From Candidatus Micrarchaeota archaeon (GTDB lineage: Archaea; Micrarchaeota; Micrarchaeia; Anstonellales; Anstonellaceae), in assembly GCA_043810635.1 (NCBI GenBank), contig JBDRNY010000011.1:1-13777 (forward strand): a stretch of DNA of 13,777 bases, given 5' to 3'. The position numbers and the translations under genes are program-made. This document shows positions 1-8,226 of this stretch, piece by piece; position 1 is the first letter of the stretch; each line of letters begins with the position of its first letter. The notes beneath the pieces were generated by a model that was not told where the DNA came from, made no database searches, and worked only from the letters and a program-made list of their open reading frames with translations.

Positions 1-332
1 GGGCGGGAATTTCAGGCGGGAAGGCATATTATGTAAAAAAGTTTGAATTGCAGAAAAATGAGCTTGTTGTTACAAGTAAAAAAGAGGAATTGAAGCAAAA
101 AGAAATATTTTTGTCAAATTATAATTTTATTTCAGGGGAAACTTTGAAAGAGAAAATTAATGTGAAAGCAAGGATAAGGCATGGGGGAAAATTGGAAAAT
201 GCTGTAATTTACCCTCTAAAAAAAGGGAAAATGAAAATAATTTTTAAAAAAGGGCAGCTGGCGCCCGCATCTGGGCAATTTTGCGTATTTTACAAAGGAA
301 AGAAATGCCTTGGCGGGGGGATGATAATATGA
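1..332 (+). CDS. mnmA: tRNA 2-thiouridylase MnmA, C-terminal fragment (5' end outside window)
   Basis: Frame is open from position 3 (AGISGGKAYYVKKFELQKNELVV...). It carries MnmA C-terminal barrel motifs 'VKARIRH', 'PASGQFCVFY' and 'CLGGGMI'. Stop TGA at 330-332. Confidence 0.88.
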   Translation, partial: AGISGGKAYYVKKFELQKNELVVTSKKEELKQKEIFLSNYNFISGETLKEKINVKARIRHGGKLENAVIYPLKKGKMKIIFKKGQLAPASGQFCVFYKGKKCLGGGMII

Positions 333-334
333 AG

Positions 335-406
335 TGGACGCGGGGGGATTCGGACCCCCAGCCTCCTGCATGCCATGCAGGCGCGCTACCGTTGCGCCAC
401 GCGCCC
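335..406 (-). tRNA. tRNA-Ala, anticodon GGC, 72 nt, no intron, CCA not encoded
   Basis: Minus strand folds as GGGCGCG-UG-GCGC-AACGGUA-GCGC-G-CCUGC-AU[GGC]AU-GCAGG-AGGCU-GGGGG-UCCGAAU-CCCCC-CGCGUCC-A. It has the G3:U70 alanine identity pair and discriminator A73. Confidence 0.96.
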
Positions 407-465
407 TGAAAAATTTTCAAGAGTAGAAAAATAGAAAAGAAAAAATATAAAATAAACAGAATTGT

Positions 466-690
466 TTAAGCAGGTGAGATATAGACTACAGAATCCCCTC
501 GGAGCAATACTGTTCCGATGCCTCTTTTCACTTCTCCGTTTACAAGCTGCTCGGCTTTTTCAAGCACAAGGTTCATATGAACATCATAGCTTACCATTTT
601 GCCTCGCATTTCATACCCGCCTTTCATTCCGACTATCACTGAATTGTTCAGTGATGTGTTCAGAACATCAAACGGCCTTTTGTCTGCCAT
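466..690 (-). CDS. Sm-like archaeal protein (SmAP/Lsm)
   Basis: 74 aa with Sm1 'RGKMVSYDVHMNLVLEKAE' and Sm2 'VLLRGDSVVYISP'. N-terminal 'RPFDVLN' is typical of SmAP1. GAGGTGA SD lies just upstream on the minus strand. Confidence 0.95.
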   Translation of the reverse strand: MADKRPFDVLNTSLNNSVIVGMKGGYEMRGKMVSYDVHMNLVLEKAEQLVNGEVKRGIGTVLLRGDSVVYISPA

Positions 691-758
691 AGTTTCACCT
701 CAAAAAATAAACAATGTAGCACAAACATTGAGAAATGAAAGCTTAAAAATACGCCTTA

Positions 759-2165
759 TTAGTTTGTTGAATTTTCCTCCTCTGGAAGGAAGGATGTGTT
801 TCCATAATCAACAAATGACTGAAGCTCTTCTGCTTCTTCAACCACGCCCGGCAATTCCCCTTCTTCAGGCATTTCATCAGCTTCGCTCGTAGTTTCATTT
901 CCCTCATCAGGCAATTCAGCTTCGCCCGTAGTTTCATCTCCAGTATCAAGAAATTCATCAACTTCAATTATATTTTCGCTTTCTTCTCCAGAATACCCTT
1001 CAACACGGTATTGAAACACCCTGCTTCCTATCGGGGTGAAAATTATTTGCACCCTCCCGCTTTCAGAAGGGGGGGTGAGGGAGGATATTTGTATTTCCCT
1101 CTGGACAAGGGTGTAGGTTTTTGATGCAACAGAAAATTCGGAAGGGAGGGTTATGTTGAGGTAATAGGTTGATGTGAAATTTGCATCCATTTCCGGGAAA
1201 GCGGAGGAAAATTCTTTTTTTATTTTTTCAGAATCTAATGAAACATTTTCAGATGAGGAGTATATTTCCATAACAGAAGGGGGGAAGATGGGAATTACTT
1301 GGAATTGGGAAAGGTCTGATATTATTCTGCCTTTGTCTGTAAATGAGGGGTTTAATGACATAATGCCCGCCTGCATGCTTGTTGAATAATCAGAGGAAAT
1401 AACAGAAACCTGCTGCAAAACATCCTGGGGGAGGGGTGGGTTAAAACTTACAAAGGATTTGGAAGTGTAGTTTAATTCTGCGCCTTCTGGAAGAGAGGCT
1501 TCAAATTCAGAATAATCAATTTTTCTTTCCTCCCACGGAATTAAAATTAAAAGGGAGGTGGAAAGAAGGGTTGTTTTCTCTGGTTTTAGCTCGGCATACA
1601 ATTCTTCCCCGGGCACTATAATCAAATCACTGTGGGAGTAAAGCTCTGAATTTACAATTTGTGCATTGAATTGCACAGGAAACTGCTCCCCAATTTCAAA
1701 TATTGGAACCATTTTTTGCCTGAAATTCTGGCCTTCCAGAGTTATGGAAGAGGCGTCGCCCACAACTACAATCGGGTCTACAAAAACAATTGCATCGGCA
1801 TAAGAGGTGAGCCCTAATTCCTCAATTCTTTTTGATATGCGGGTAATGTTGTTGGAATTGCCCAGCATAAGTATTCTGCCGTTGGCTGTTTTTATGTCAT
1901 GCAAAACAATTTTTTGCTCTTTTAATTCTTTTATTAATTGGGAAAGGTTTTGGTGTTCGCCCTCAATTTCAAGCGAGGGGTCATAGGAAACAACTGTTGC
2001 ATTTCCCTGGGCGTAGCCGGTAAATGTTGCCAAATCCCCGCCGCTTGGCTGGTCGGGCTGGGAGGAGCCGCCACCGACATATACTGCCATTGTTGAAAAA
2101 ACGAAAATTGCAATAAGGGCATACACTCCGAACTTGAGCTGGTCTTCCTTTTTTATGCCAAACAT
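759..2165 (-). CDS. Hypothetical N-terminally membrane-anchored protein with a very acidic, repetitive C-terminal tail
   Basis: Long ORF; ATG at 2165 is preferred over TTG at 2174. Hydrophobic segment 'FGVYALIAIFVFSTMAVYV' follows a basic N-terminus. The last ~75 aa are E/D-rich. I do not recognise the family. Confidence 0.8.
   Translation of the reverse strand: MFGIKKEDQLKFGVYALIAIFVFSTMAVYVGGGSSQPDQPSGGDLATFTGYAQGNATVVSYDPSLEIEGEHQNLSQLIKELKEQKIVLHDIKTANGRILMLGNSNNITRISKRIEELGLTSYADAIVFVDPIVVVGDASSITLEGQNFRQKMVPIFEIGEQFPVQFNAQIVNSELYSHSDLIIVPGEELYAELKPEKTTLLSTSLLILIPWEERKIDYSEFEASLPEGAELNYTSKSFVSFNPPLPQDVLQQVSVISSDYSTSMQAGIMSLNPSFTDKGRIISDLSQFQVIPIFPPSVMEIYSSSENVSLDSEKIKKEFSSAFPEMDANFTSTYYLNITLPSEFSVASKTYTLVQREIQISSLTPPSESGRVQIIFTPIGSRVFQYRVEGYSGEESENIIEVDEFLDTGDETTGEAELPDEGNETTSEADEMPEEGELPGVVEEAEELQSFVDYGNTSFLPEEENSTN
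877..941. repeat. Imperfect 39-bp-period direct repeat within the acidic tail of the hypothetical gene
   Basis: tcagcttcgctcgtagtttcatttcc (877-902) and tcagcttcgcccgtagtttcatctcc (916-941) encode GNETTSEA and GDETTGEA. Confidence 0.8.
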
Positions 2166-2247
2166 AAGAATCAACGCTTGCTGTATTTTTTAATTTGGAT
2201 ACCCACATTTAAAAAAAGAATTGGATAATAACTAAGTGTTGGATTTT

Positions 2248-2892
2248 ATGGCAGATATAAGCAAAGGGGACTTAATAAGAATGGAATTGACAGGAAGGCT
2301 TGCTTCAGACGGGTCTGTTTTTGAAAGCACGGATGAGGAATTGGCAAAAAAAGCAGGGATATGGTCAACTGCATCCAAATACGGCCCGAGGTTGGTTATA
2401 TTCGGGAAAGGCTCTATGATTGCAGGGCTTGAGGAGGCGGTCCCCAAATTTGAAGTGGGGAAGGAGAATGAAATTGATGTGCCTCCGGAAAAAGCGTTTG
2501 GAAAAAAATATACTGAGCTTGTCAGGGTGATGAACCAGAAAGAGTTTGACAAGCAGGGCGTGAAGCCGACTCCTGGATTGATGGTTACAATTGACGGCGT
2601 GCCTGCACTGGTAAAATCTGTATCTTCGGGAAGAATTATGCTTGATTTTAACCACCCTTTTGCAGGGCAGGAATTGAAATACAAAATAAAAATGCTTGAA
2701 ATAATAAAAGAGCCGGAAAAGAAGGCGGAAGAGCTTGCAAGGCAGTTTGAAGCAAAAATTGATATTAAGGAAGAGGGGGGGAAGAAAAAAGTTGTTATAC
2801 TTAAGGGAATTGAAACTTCAAAAGCAAAAGGATTGGAGGCGGCTTTGAGGGCTTGTTTGGGCAATTGGGCTGAAGTTGTTATTGAAAAGTAG
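2248..2892 (+). CDS. slyD: FKBP-type peptidyl-prolyl cis-trans isomerase (SlyD-like, archaeal long type)
   Basis: Motifs 'DGSVFEST', 'GKGSMIAGLEEA', 'VPPEKAFG', 'LDFNHPFAGQELKYKI', plus the extra C-terminal domain of archaeal long FKBPs. ATG at 2248. Confidence 0.92.
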   Translation: MADISKGDLIRMELTGRLASDGSVFESTDEELAKKAGIWSTASKYGPRLVIFGKGSMIAGLEEAVPKFEVGKENEIDVPPEKAFGKKYTELVRVMNQKEFDKQGVKPTPGLMVTIDGVPALVKSVSSGRIMLDFNHPFAGQELKYKIKMLEIIKEPEKKAEELARQFEAKIDIKEEGGKKKVVILKGIETSKAKGLEAALRACLGNWAEVVIEK

Positions 2893-3385
2893 AAATTATT
2901 TTCTCGCCTTTATTTTTCATGTATTTTTTTATTGCATTCGGAATATCCTTTAAATAGGATTTTTTCTTCCTTATTTTATCCCTTATTTTCTTTCCCTGCC
3001 AATAAATTCTTTTTACTAAATGAGGAGTGTCGAATTTATAGCCTGCTTTTTTAAGCAATGAATTTACCAATGGGTTTGCTGAGCATATTGCAAATTTTTT
3101 TGAAGAAAAGCGGGAGGAAAAGCTTTTAGTCCATTTTGCATTTGATGGATTATCCGGCAAAAATGCAAACGAAATTCTTTTTTTCCATTTGGGACGGGAA
3201 GAGATTATTTTTTTTAGCAAAAAGAGGCGCTGGCGGGCGGAGAAGGGATTTTCTTTTGTGCGGGAAAATTGGGAGGAGCCGATTGCGATTTTTATTTTTT
3301 TGTATTTTTTGAGCAAATATGAAATTGCCTTCTCATGCCCTTTGTGGAAGGGCTGGAATCTTCCTATAAAAAGCGCATTTTCCAT
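2879..3385 (-). CDS. Nicotinamide-nucleotide adenylyltransferase (archaeal NadM-type cytidylyltransferase superfamily)
   Basis: 'FIGRFQPFHKGH' (HxGH motif) and 'IAIGSSQFSRTKENPFSA'. Converges on slyD with a 14-bp overlap. Confidence 0.85.
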   Translation of the reverse strand: MENALFIGRFQPFHKGHEKAISYLLKKYKKIKIAIGSSQFSRTKENPFSARQRLFLLKKIISSRPKWKKRISFAFLPDNPSNAKWTKSFSSRFSSKKFAICSANPLVNSLLKKAGYKFDTPHLVKRIYWQGKKIRDKIRKKKSYLKDIPNAIKKYMKNKGEKIISTFQ

Positions 3386-3449
3386 ATTTTTATGTTGTGC
3401 GCATGGTTTATAAGCAAAAGCAGGGAAAATTTATTCGGGAGGTAGTTTT

Positions 3450-4217
3450 ATGATTGAAGAACTATTTGCATGCGGCATACCAATAATTGTAATCGGAATT
3501 CCGCTCTTATTAATGACTGTGAGAATTGTGAATGAATGGGAAAGGGGAGTGATACTTACTTTGGGAAGATTTTCACGCAAGGTAACTCCGGGCTTGAATA
3601 TTATTATACCGGTTATTGAAAATTTGATAAAAGTGGATACAAGGATTACCACAATTGACATTCCAAAGCAGGAAGTAATGACAAGGGATAATGTGCCTGT
3701 TATGGTTAATGCAGTTGTTTATATGCGCGTTGAGGATGCAGTGAAGGCAATATTGAAAATTGACAATTACAGGTATGCTGTTGCCCAATATGCGCAAACT
3801 GCATTAAGGGATGTTATTGGAGAAATTGAGCTGGATTCCCTTCTTACTAAGAGGGAAGGCATTGCAAAGCAGATAAAAGCAATTGTTGATACCGAAACAG
3901 ATGAGTGGGGAGTGGATATTACAAATATTAAATTGCAGGATGTGGAATTGCCGGCAAACATGAAAAGGGTTATGGCGAGGCAGGCAGAAGCTGAGAGGGA
4001 AAAGAGGGCAACTATTATTCTTTCCACGGGTGAAGTGGCTGCTGCGGACAATCTGGCAAAAGCGGCAAAGATTTTGGGGGCACATCCCGCCTCATTGCAA
4101 TTAAGGACATTGCAAACAATAACGGACATTTCAGCAGACCCGAATTCAAAGATTATTATTGCACTGCCTGTTGAAATATTGAAATATTTTGAAGCGGCTA
4201 CAAAAGGAAAGAAATAG
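3450..4217 (+). CDS. SPFH/band-7 (stomatin/slipin family) membrane protein
   Basis: N-terminal hydrophobic anchor, 'EWERGVILTLGR', 'IDIPKQEVMTRDNVPV', 'QAEAEREKRA', 'LQLRTLQT'. GGAGGT SD at 3438-3443. Confidence 0.95.
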   Translation: MIEELFACGIPIIVIGIPLLLMTVRIVNEWERGVILTLGRFSRKVTPGLNIIIPVIENLIKVDTRITTIDIPKQEVMTRDNVPVMVNAVVYMRVEDAVKAILKIDNYRYAVAQYAQTALRDVIGEIELDSLLTKREGIAKQIKAIVDTETDEWGVDITNIKLQDVELPANMKRVMARQAEAEREKRATIILSTGEVAAADNLAKAAKILGAHPASLQLRTLQTITDISADPNSKIIIALPVEILKYFEAATKGKK

Positions 4218-4224
4218 GAAAAAG

Positions 4225-5778
4225 TCAGTGCTTGAAATGCCTCAATCCGGTAAATACCATTGCCATGCCGCGCTCGTCTGCGGCTTTTATTACAACTTCA
4301 TCTTTTATTGAGCCGCCCGGCTGGACTAATGCGGAAACTCCTGCGGCAGAAAGCTCTTCCAAAGTGTCTGGGAAGGGAAGGAAGGCGTCTGATGCCGCCA
4401 CCGCGCCTTTTAGCTGGAAATTGTTTTGGCGAGCTTTGGCAATTGCAATTTTTGTGGAATCTATGCGCGACATCTGCCCTGCGCCAATGCCTAAAATCTG
4501 CTCGTTTTTTGCTATTGTGATTGCATTTGATTTTGTGTGCTTTGCAACAGTCATTGCAAAATGCAAATCTTTCCATTGCGTGTCTGTAGGCTTTCTTTTT
4601 GTAACTGTTTGGGCTGTGCACAAATCATATACTGACGGGTCTTCATGTTGGTAAAGCATTCCGCCTGAAATATTGCGGAAGGTTACATCTCCAGGATGCA
4701 CAGGCACAAAAAAATCAGTTATATCCAAAATTCTGCGTGATGGCTTTTGCTTTATTATTTTAAGTGCTTCCGGCTCATAGCCCGGAGCAATCACAAGTTC
4801 AAGGTATTTGTTGCCGATTGATTTTGCAGTGGAAATATCCAATCTTTGGGAAAATGCAATCACTCCCCCGAATGCAGAAAGCGGGTCTGATGCATGCGCC
4901 CGCTGGTATGCTTCTTGCAATGATTTGCCTATCGCAACCCCGCAGGGGTTGGTGTGCTTTATTATTGCAACAGCATGCTTGCCATAAAATTCCCTGATTA
5001 AATGCAAAGCAGAATCTGCATCAAGGAAATTATTATAGCTCATTACTTTTCCTGCATAAATTCTTGCATCAAACAATGAGCGCTGGCCCACTAACCTGTA
5101 TGCCGCGGCTTTTTGGTGCGGATTTTCCCCGTAGCGCAATGGATAGGCGCGCTCAAATATCATTTTCATCCTGTAAGGGAATTTTTCGTCCCCTTCCCCC
5201 CCAAAATAGCGGGAAATCACCCAATCATAATGGGAAGAGCGCTCAAATGCCTTTATCATCAAACTTTTCCTTTTTTCCCCTGAAATTGAGCCGCTGTTGG
5301 ATTCAAATTCCTGTATAAATCCAGAATAATCTTCAGGGTCTATAAGCACGGTGGTGAATTTGTAGTTTTTTGCCGCCGCGCGTATTAATGCAATTCCGCC
5401 TATATCTATGTTTTCAATTGCAACATCCTGAGTGGCGCCTTCCTGCTTTATTACTTTTTCAAAAGGGTATAAATTTACAACAACCAAATCTATGGGGGGG
5501 ATTTTGTGATTTTTTGCCTCCTTTCTGTCGCCTGCATTGTCCCGTCTGAATAATATTCCGCCGTGTATTTTCGGGTGGAGAGTTTTTACCCTTCCGCCAA
5601 AAAGCTCTGGGAAATGCGTATAATCCCTTATTTCAATTACAGGCATGTCTGCTTTTTTCAATGCCTTGGCGGTTCCGCCGGAAGAAAGAATTTCAACGCC
5701 CTGCCGGTGTAAGGCGTGCGCTAATTCCAATAGGCCTTTTTTGTCATAGACTGAGATAAGGGCTCGTTTTATTTTCAC
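4225..5778 (-). CDS. purH: Bifunctional AICAR formyltransferase / IMP cyclohydrolase
   Basis: 517 aa, GTG start. Motifs 'RALISVYDK', 'GGRVKTLHP', 'NIDIGG', 'LRYGENPHQKA', 'KHTNPCG', 'SDAFLPFPD', 'QPGGSIKD', 'TGLRHFKH'. Confidence 0.97.
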   Translation of the reverse strand: MKIKRALISVYDKKGLLELAHALHRQGVEILSSGGTAKALKKADMPVIEIRDYTHFPELFGGRVKTLHPKIHGGILFRRDNAGDRKEAKNHKIPPIDLVVVNLYPFEKVIKQEGATQDVAIENIDIGGIALIRAAAKNYKFTTVLIDPEDYSGFIQEFESNSGSISGEKRKSLMIKAFERSSHYDWVISRYFGGEGDEKFPYRMKMIFERAYPLRYGENPHQKAAAYRLVGQRSLFDARIYAGKVMSYNNFLDADSALHLIREFYGKHAVAIIKHTNPCGVAIGKSLQEAYQRAHASDPLSAFGGVIAFSQRLDISTAKSIGNKYLELVIAPGYEPEALKIIKQKPSRRILDITDFFVPVHPGDVTFRNISGGMLYQHEDPSVYDLCTAQTVTKRKPTDTQWKDLHFAMTVAKHTKSNAITIAKNEQILGIGAGQMSRIDSTKIAIAKARQNNFQLKGAVAASDAFLPFPDTLEELSAAGVSALVQPGGSIKDEVVIKAADERGMAMVFTGLRHFKH

Positions 5779-5851
5779 GTTTATATATTTGGAAAGGAGG
5801 TTATTTTAAATAGTGTAGGATGATGCAAAAAAGGCGGATTTTTATTTCTTT

Positions 5852-5887
5852 TTATATTTTATCAGATTTTTCCGGTGTTTTGGTTTT
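5852..5887 (-). repeat. Diverged direct-repeat copy of the last ~12 codons of topA (other copy 5968-6004)
   Basis: ttatattttatcagatttttccggtgttttggtttt (5852-5887) versus ttatattttgtcggatttttcaggtgtttttggtttt (5968-6004): three substitutions and one 1-nt indel. Confidence 0.85.
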
Positions 5888-5967
5888 ATTTTTTCTTTTT
5901 TTTCGGTCGGTAATTTTTTTGGAATTTTTTATTTTTAGTGAATATTTTCTGGGTTTTGGATTTCTTG

Positions 5968-8127
5968 TTATATTTTGTCGGATTTTTCAGGTGTTTTTGG
6001 TTTTGCGGATTTTTTGCGGGGGGATTTTTTTCTTGTTTTTTTAGCTTTTGCTGCTGCGCTCTTTTTTGCAGATGGTTTTTTTGCAAATGTTTTCTTTGGA
6101 TATTTGCCCCAATTGGCTTTTGTTTCGCATGTGGATTCCAGGCACATTTCAAACGGGCGCCTGCCTTTTCTTATTACTTTTATTATGGGAGTATTGCATT
6201 TTTCGCAAATTCTGTTTTGGGGTTCGATAAGGGCCATTTGAGGGAGGGAGTAGGTTTGAGTGCAATTTGGGTAGCCGGTGCATCCAACAAACTGCTTTTT
6301 GTTGCGTGACATGATTCTTCTCAAATTTTTGCCGCATTTTGGGCACGTGCCCAGCATAGATGCCTCCTTTCTTGCGCCTGTGAGCGCAATGGATAATTCT
6401 TTGCCGACATCAGCCTCATGCTCTTTGTATTTTTCAAGGGTTTTTTCAAGTATGGTTCTTCCGTCTGCTATTACACGGGAAGGCTCGATTTCCTTTTTTT
6501 GTATTGCGTCCATTTCAACTTCAATTGAGCGGGTTAAATCCTCATCCAATATGTCCGGGGCGTATTTGTTCATTACATCCACAACAGAAAGCCCGAAGGG
6601 AGAAACCTCTATGGATTTGGGGCCTTTTAGATAGCCGCGCTTGAATAATGTGTCTATTATGTTTGCGCGGGTTGCTTTTGTGCCCAAATTGCGATGCTCG
6701 AGCTCGGATATTATGGAGGCAGGAGTGAAGCGTTTCGGGGGCTGGGTTTCTTTTTCCTCCATTTTGAAATGCTCAGGTGAAACTTCCTGCCCTTCCTGCC
6801 ATGGGGGAAGGGTAATTTCCTCTAATTTAACATATGGCTTGTAAAATTCAAACCATCCGGGAGAAGTGGTGCGGGAGCCGGTTGTATTGTAATTTTGGTT
6901 ATTGCAAAGGGCAACAACTTTCTGAGATTCTCTTTCTGCGTGGGGGGCAAAGCATGCCAAAAATCGCTTTACAATCAAATCATAGAGTTTTTTTTCTCTT
7001 GTTCCTACTTGCGCAAATTGACCTGTGGGGTGAATTGCAGGGTGGGCAGGGTCTGATTTTTTGCCTTCCCTTGGCTTGAATAATTTTTTTTCTATTAATT
7101 GCCTGCATAAAACGGAATATTCATTTTGTTTTGAGAGGAGGGATATTATATTTGACAAATTTAATTTTGGGGGGAGTTTTTGAGAAGAGGTGCGGGGGTA
7201 GGATATAAGGGAATTTTCATAAAGGGTTTGGGCAAGGGATTGGGTTTGTTTTGGGGGGAATTTGAATTGCTTGTAAGCTTCTATTTGCAAAGAGGTGAGG
7301 TCGAACGGGGGGTTGGGAAATTGATTGAAGGGCTTTTTTTGAATTGAATTTATTTTATGAGGGGGAGGCTCGGAATCCCCGAATACAGTTATTGCTTCGG
7401 CTTTGTCAAAAAATTTCTGCTTTTCATGCCTGAATTTTATTTTGTCTATTATGCATGTAAGCTCCCAGTAGGGAATTGGATTGAATGCCTGTATTTTCTT
7501 TTCCCTTTCTGCAAGCAATTTTAGGGCGGGGCCCTGCACCCTGCCTATGCTCATTACCTGGAATTTTCCTGCAGAGCGGATTGCGCTCATTAGTGCGCGG
7601 GAAAGGTTTATGCCATAATACCAATCTAAAATATGGCGGGATTCTCCTGCCAATGCGTTTTCAATATCCAATTCCGAGCGGTTGGAAAATGCCTCAAGCA
7701 AGTCATCTTTTGTAAGGGCTGAAAATTTCATTCTTGAGCCGGTTTCGCGGTGCCCAGCATACCTCATTGCATTAAATCCGATTAGCGAGCCTTCAATGTC
7801 ATAGTCGCAGGCAACTATTATTTCATCAGCATCTTTTGCAAGCATTTCTATTGTATCAACATAGCCTTTTGTGTACTCATGCCCTTTTTCTATTTCAAAA
7901 GCAGGGCGCCATTCTATTTCAAATGTCGGGTAGGAAGAGCTTTTTTGTTTTTCTGTAAGGGAGTAGAGGTGGCCTACTGCGGGCGCTACGGCTATTTCCT
8001 CCGCATTTCTGGTGAAAAGGAAGTAATAGGCCTGCCCTTTGCCTTTTTTTCTCTGCGCTTCCCCGTCTGCAAGCGCTTCAGCTATTTTTTGCGCAACTTT
8101 GGGTTTTTCTGCAATTATTAATTTCAT
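5968..8127 (-). CDS. topA: DNA topoisomerase IA (archaeal type) with C-terminal Zn ribbons and a Lys-rich tail
   Basis: TOPRIM 'IAEKP' and 'ACDYDIEGS', 'SIGRVQGP', catalytic Tyr in 'SYPRT', 'HPAIHPT', 'LGTKATR', and C4 motifs CPKC..CTGYPNC and CEKC..CLESTC. Confidence 0.97.
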   Translation of the reverse strand: MKLIIAEKPKVAQKIAEALADGEAQRKKGKGQAYYFLFTRNAEEIAVAPAVGHLYSLTEKQKSSSYPTFEIEWRPAFEIEKGHEYTKGYVDTIEMLAKDADEIIVACDYDIEGSLIGFNAMRYAGHRETGSRMKFSALTKDDLLEAFSNRSELDIENALAGESRHILDWYYGINLSRALMSAIRSAGKFQVMSIGRVQGPALKLLAEREKKIQAFNPIPYWELTCIIDKIKFRHEKQKFFDKAEAITVFGDSEPPPHKINSIQKKPFNQFPNPPFDLTSLQIEAYKQFKFPPKQTQSLAQTLYENSLISYPRTSSQKLPPKLNLSNIISLLSKQNEYSVLCRQLIEKKLFKPREGKKSDPAHPAIHPTGQFAQVGTREKKLYDLIVKRFLACFAPHAERESQKVVALCNNQNYNTTGSRTTSPGWFEFYKPYVKLEEITLPPWQEGQEVSPEHFKMEEKETQPPKRFTPASIISELEHRNLGTKATRANIIDTLFKRGYLKGPKSIEVSPFGLSVVDVMNKYAPDILDEDLTRSIEVEMDAIQKKEIEPSRVIADGRTILEKTLEKYKEHEADVGKELSIALTGARKEASMLGTCPKCGKNLRRIMSRNKKQFVGCTGYPNCTQTYSLPQMALIEPQNRICEKCNTPIIKVIRKGRRPFEMCLESTCETKANWGKYPKKTFAKKPSAKKSAAAKAKKTRKKSPRKKSAKPKTPEKSDKI

Positions 8128-8226
8128 CTAAAGCACTTTTGGAGAAATAAGGAGGGTTAGTTAAATAAAAAGGTTGGTATTAGGGCTGTAGGAAAAATAA
8201 GAAAGAAAAATAGAAAAAAGAAGAAA

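Noticed and set aside
2232..2864. Long antisense ORFs (e.g. 2232-2864, 8630-9094, 12733-13398)
   Set aside because: They lie opposite well-supported genes and have no recognisable motifs.
3450..4217. Stomatin without an adjacent nfeD partner
   Set aside because: Unlinked SPFH genes are common, so this is not informative.
5820..6309. Phe-rich + strand ORFs and the Lys-rich 5886-6152 ORF
   Set aside because: These are shadow frames of the A-rich topA tail and its downstream low-complexity DNA.
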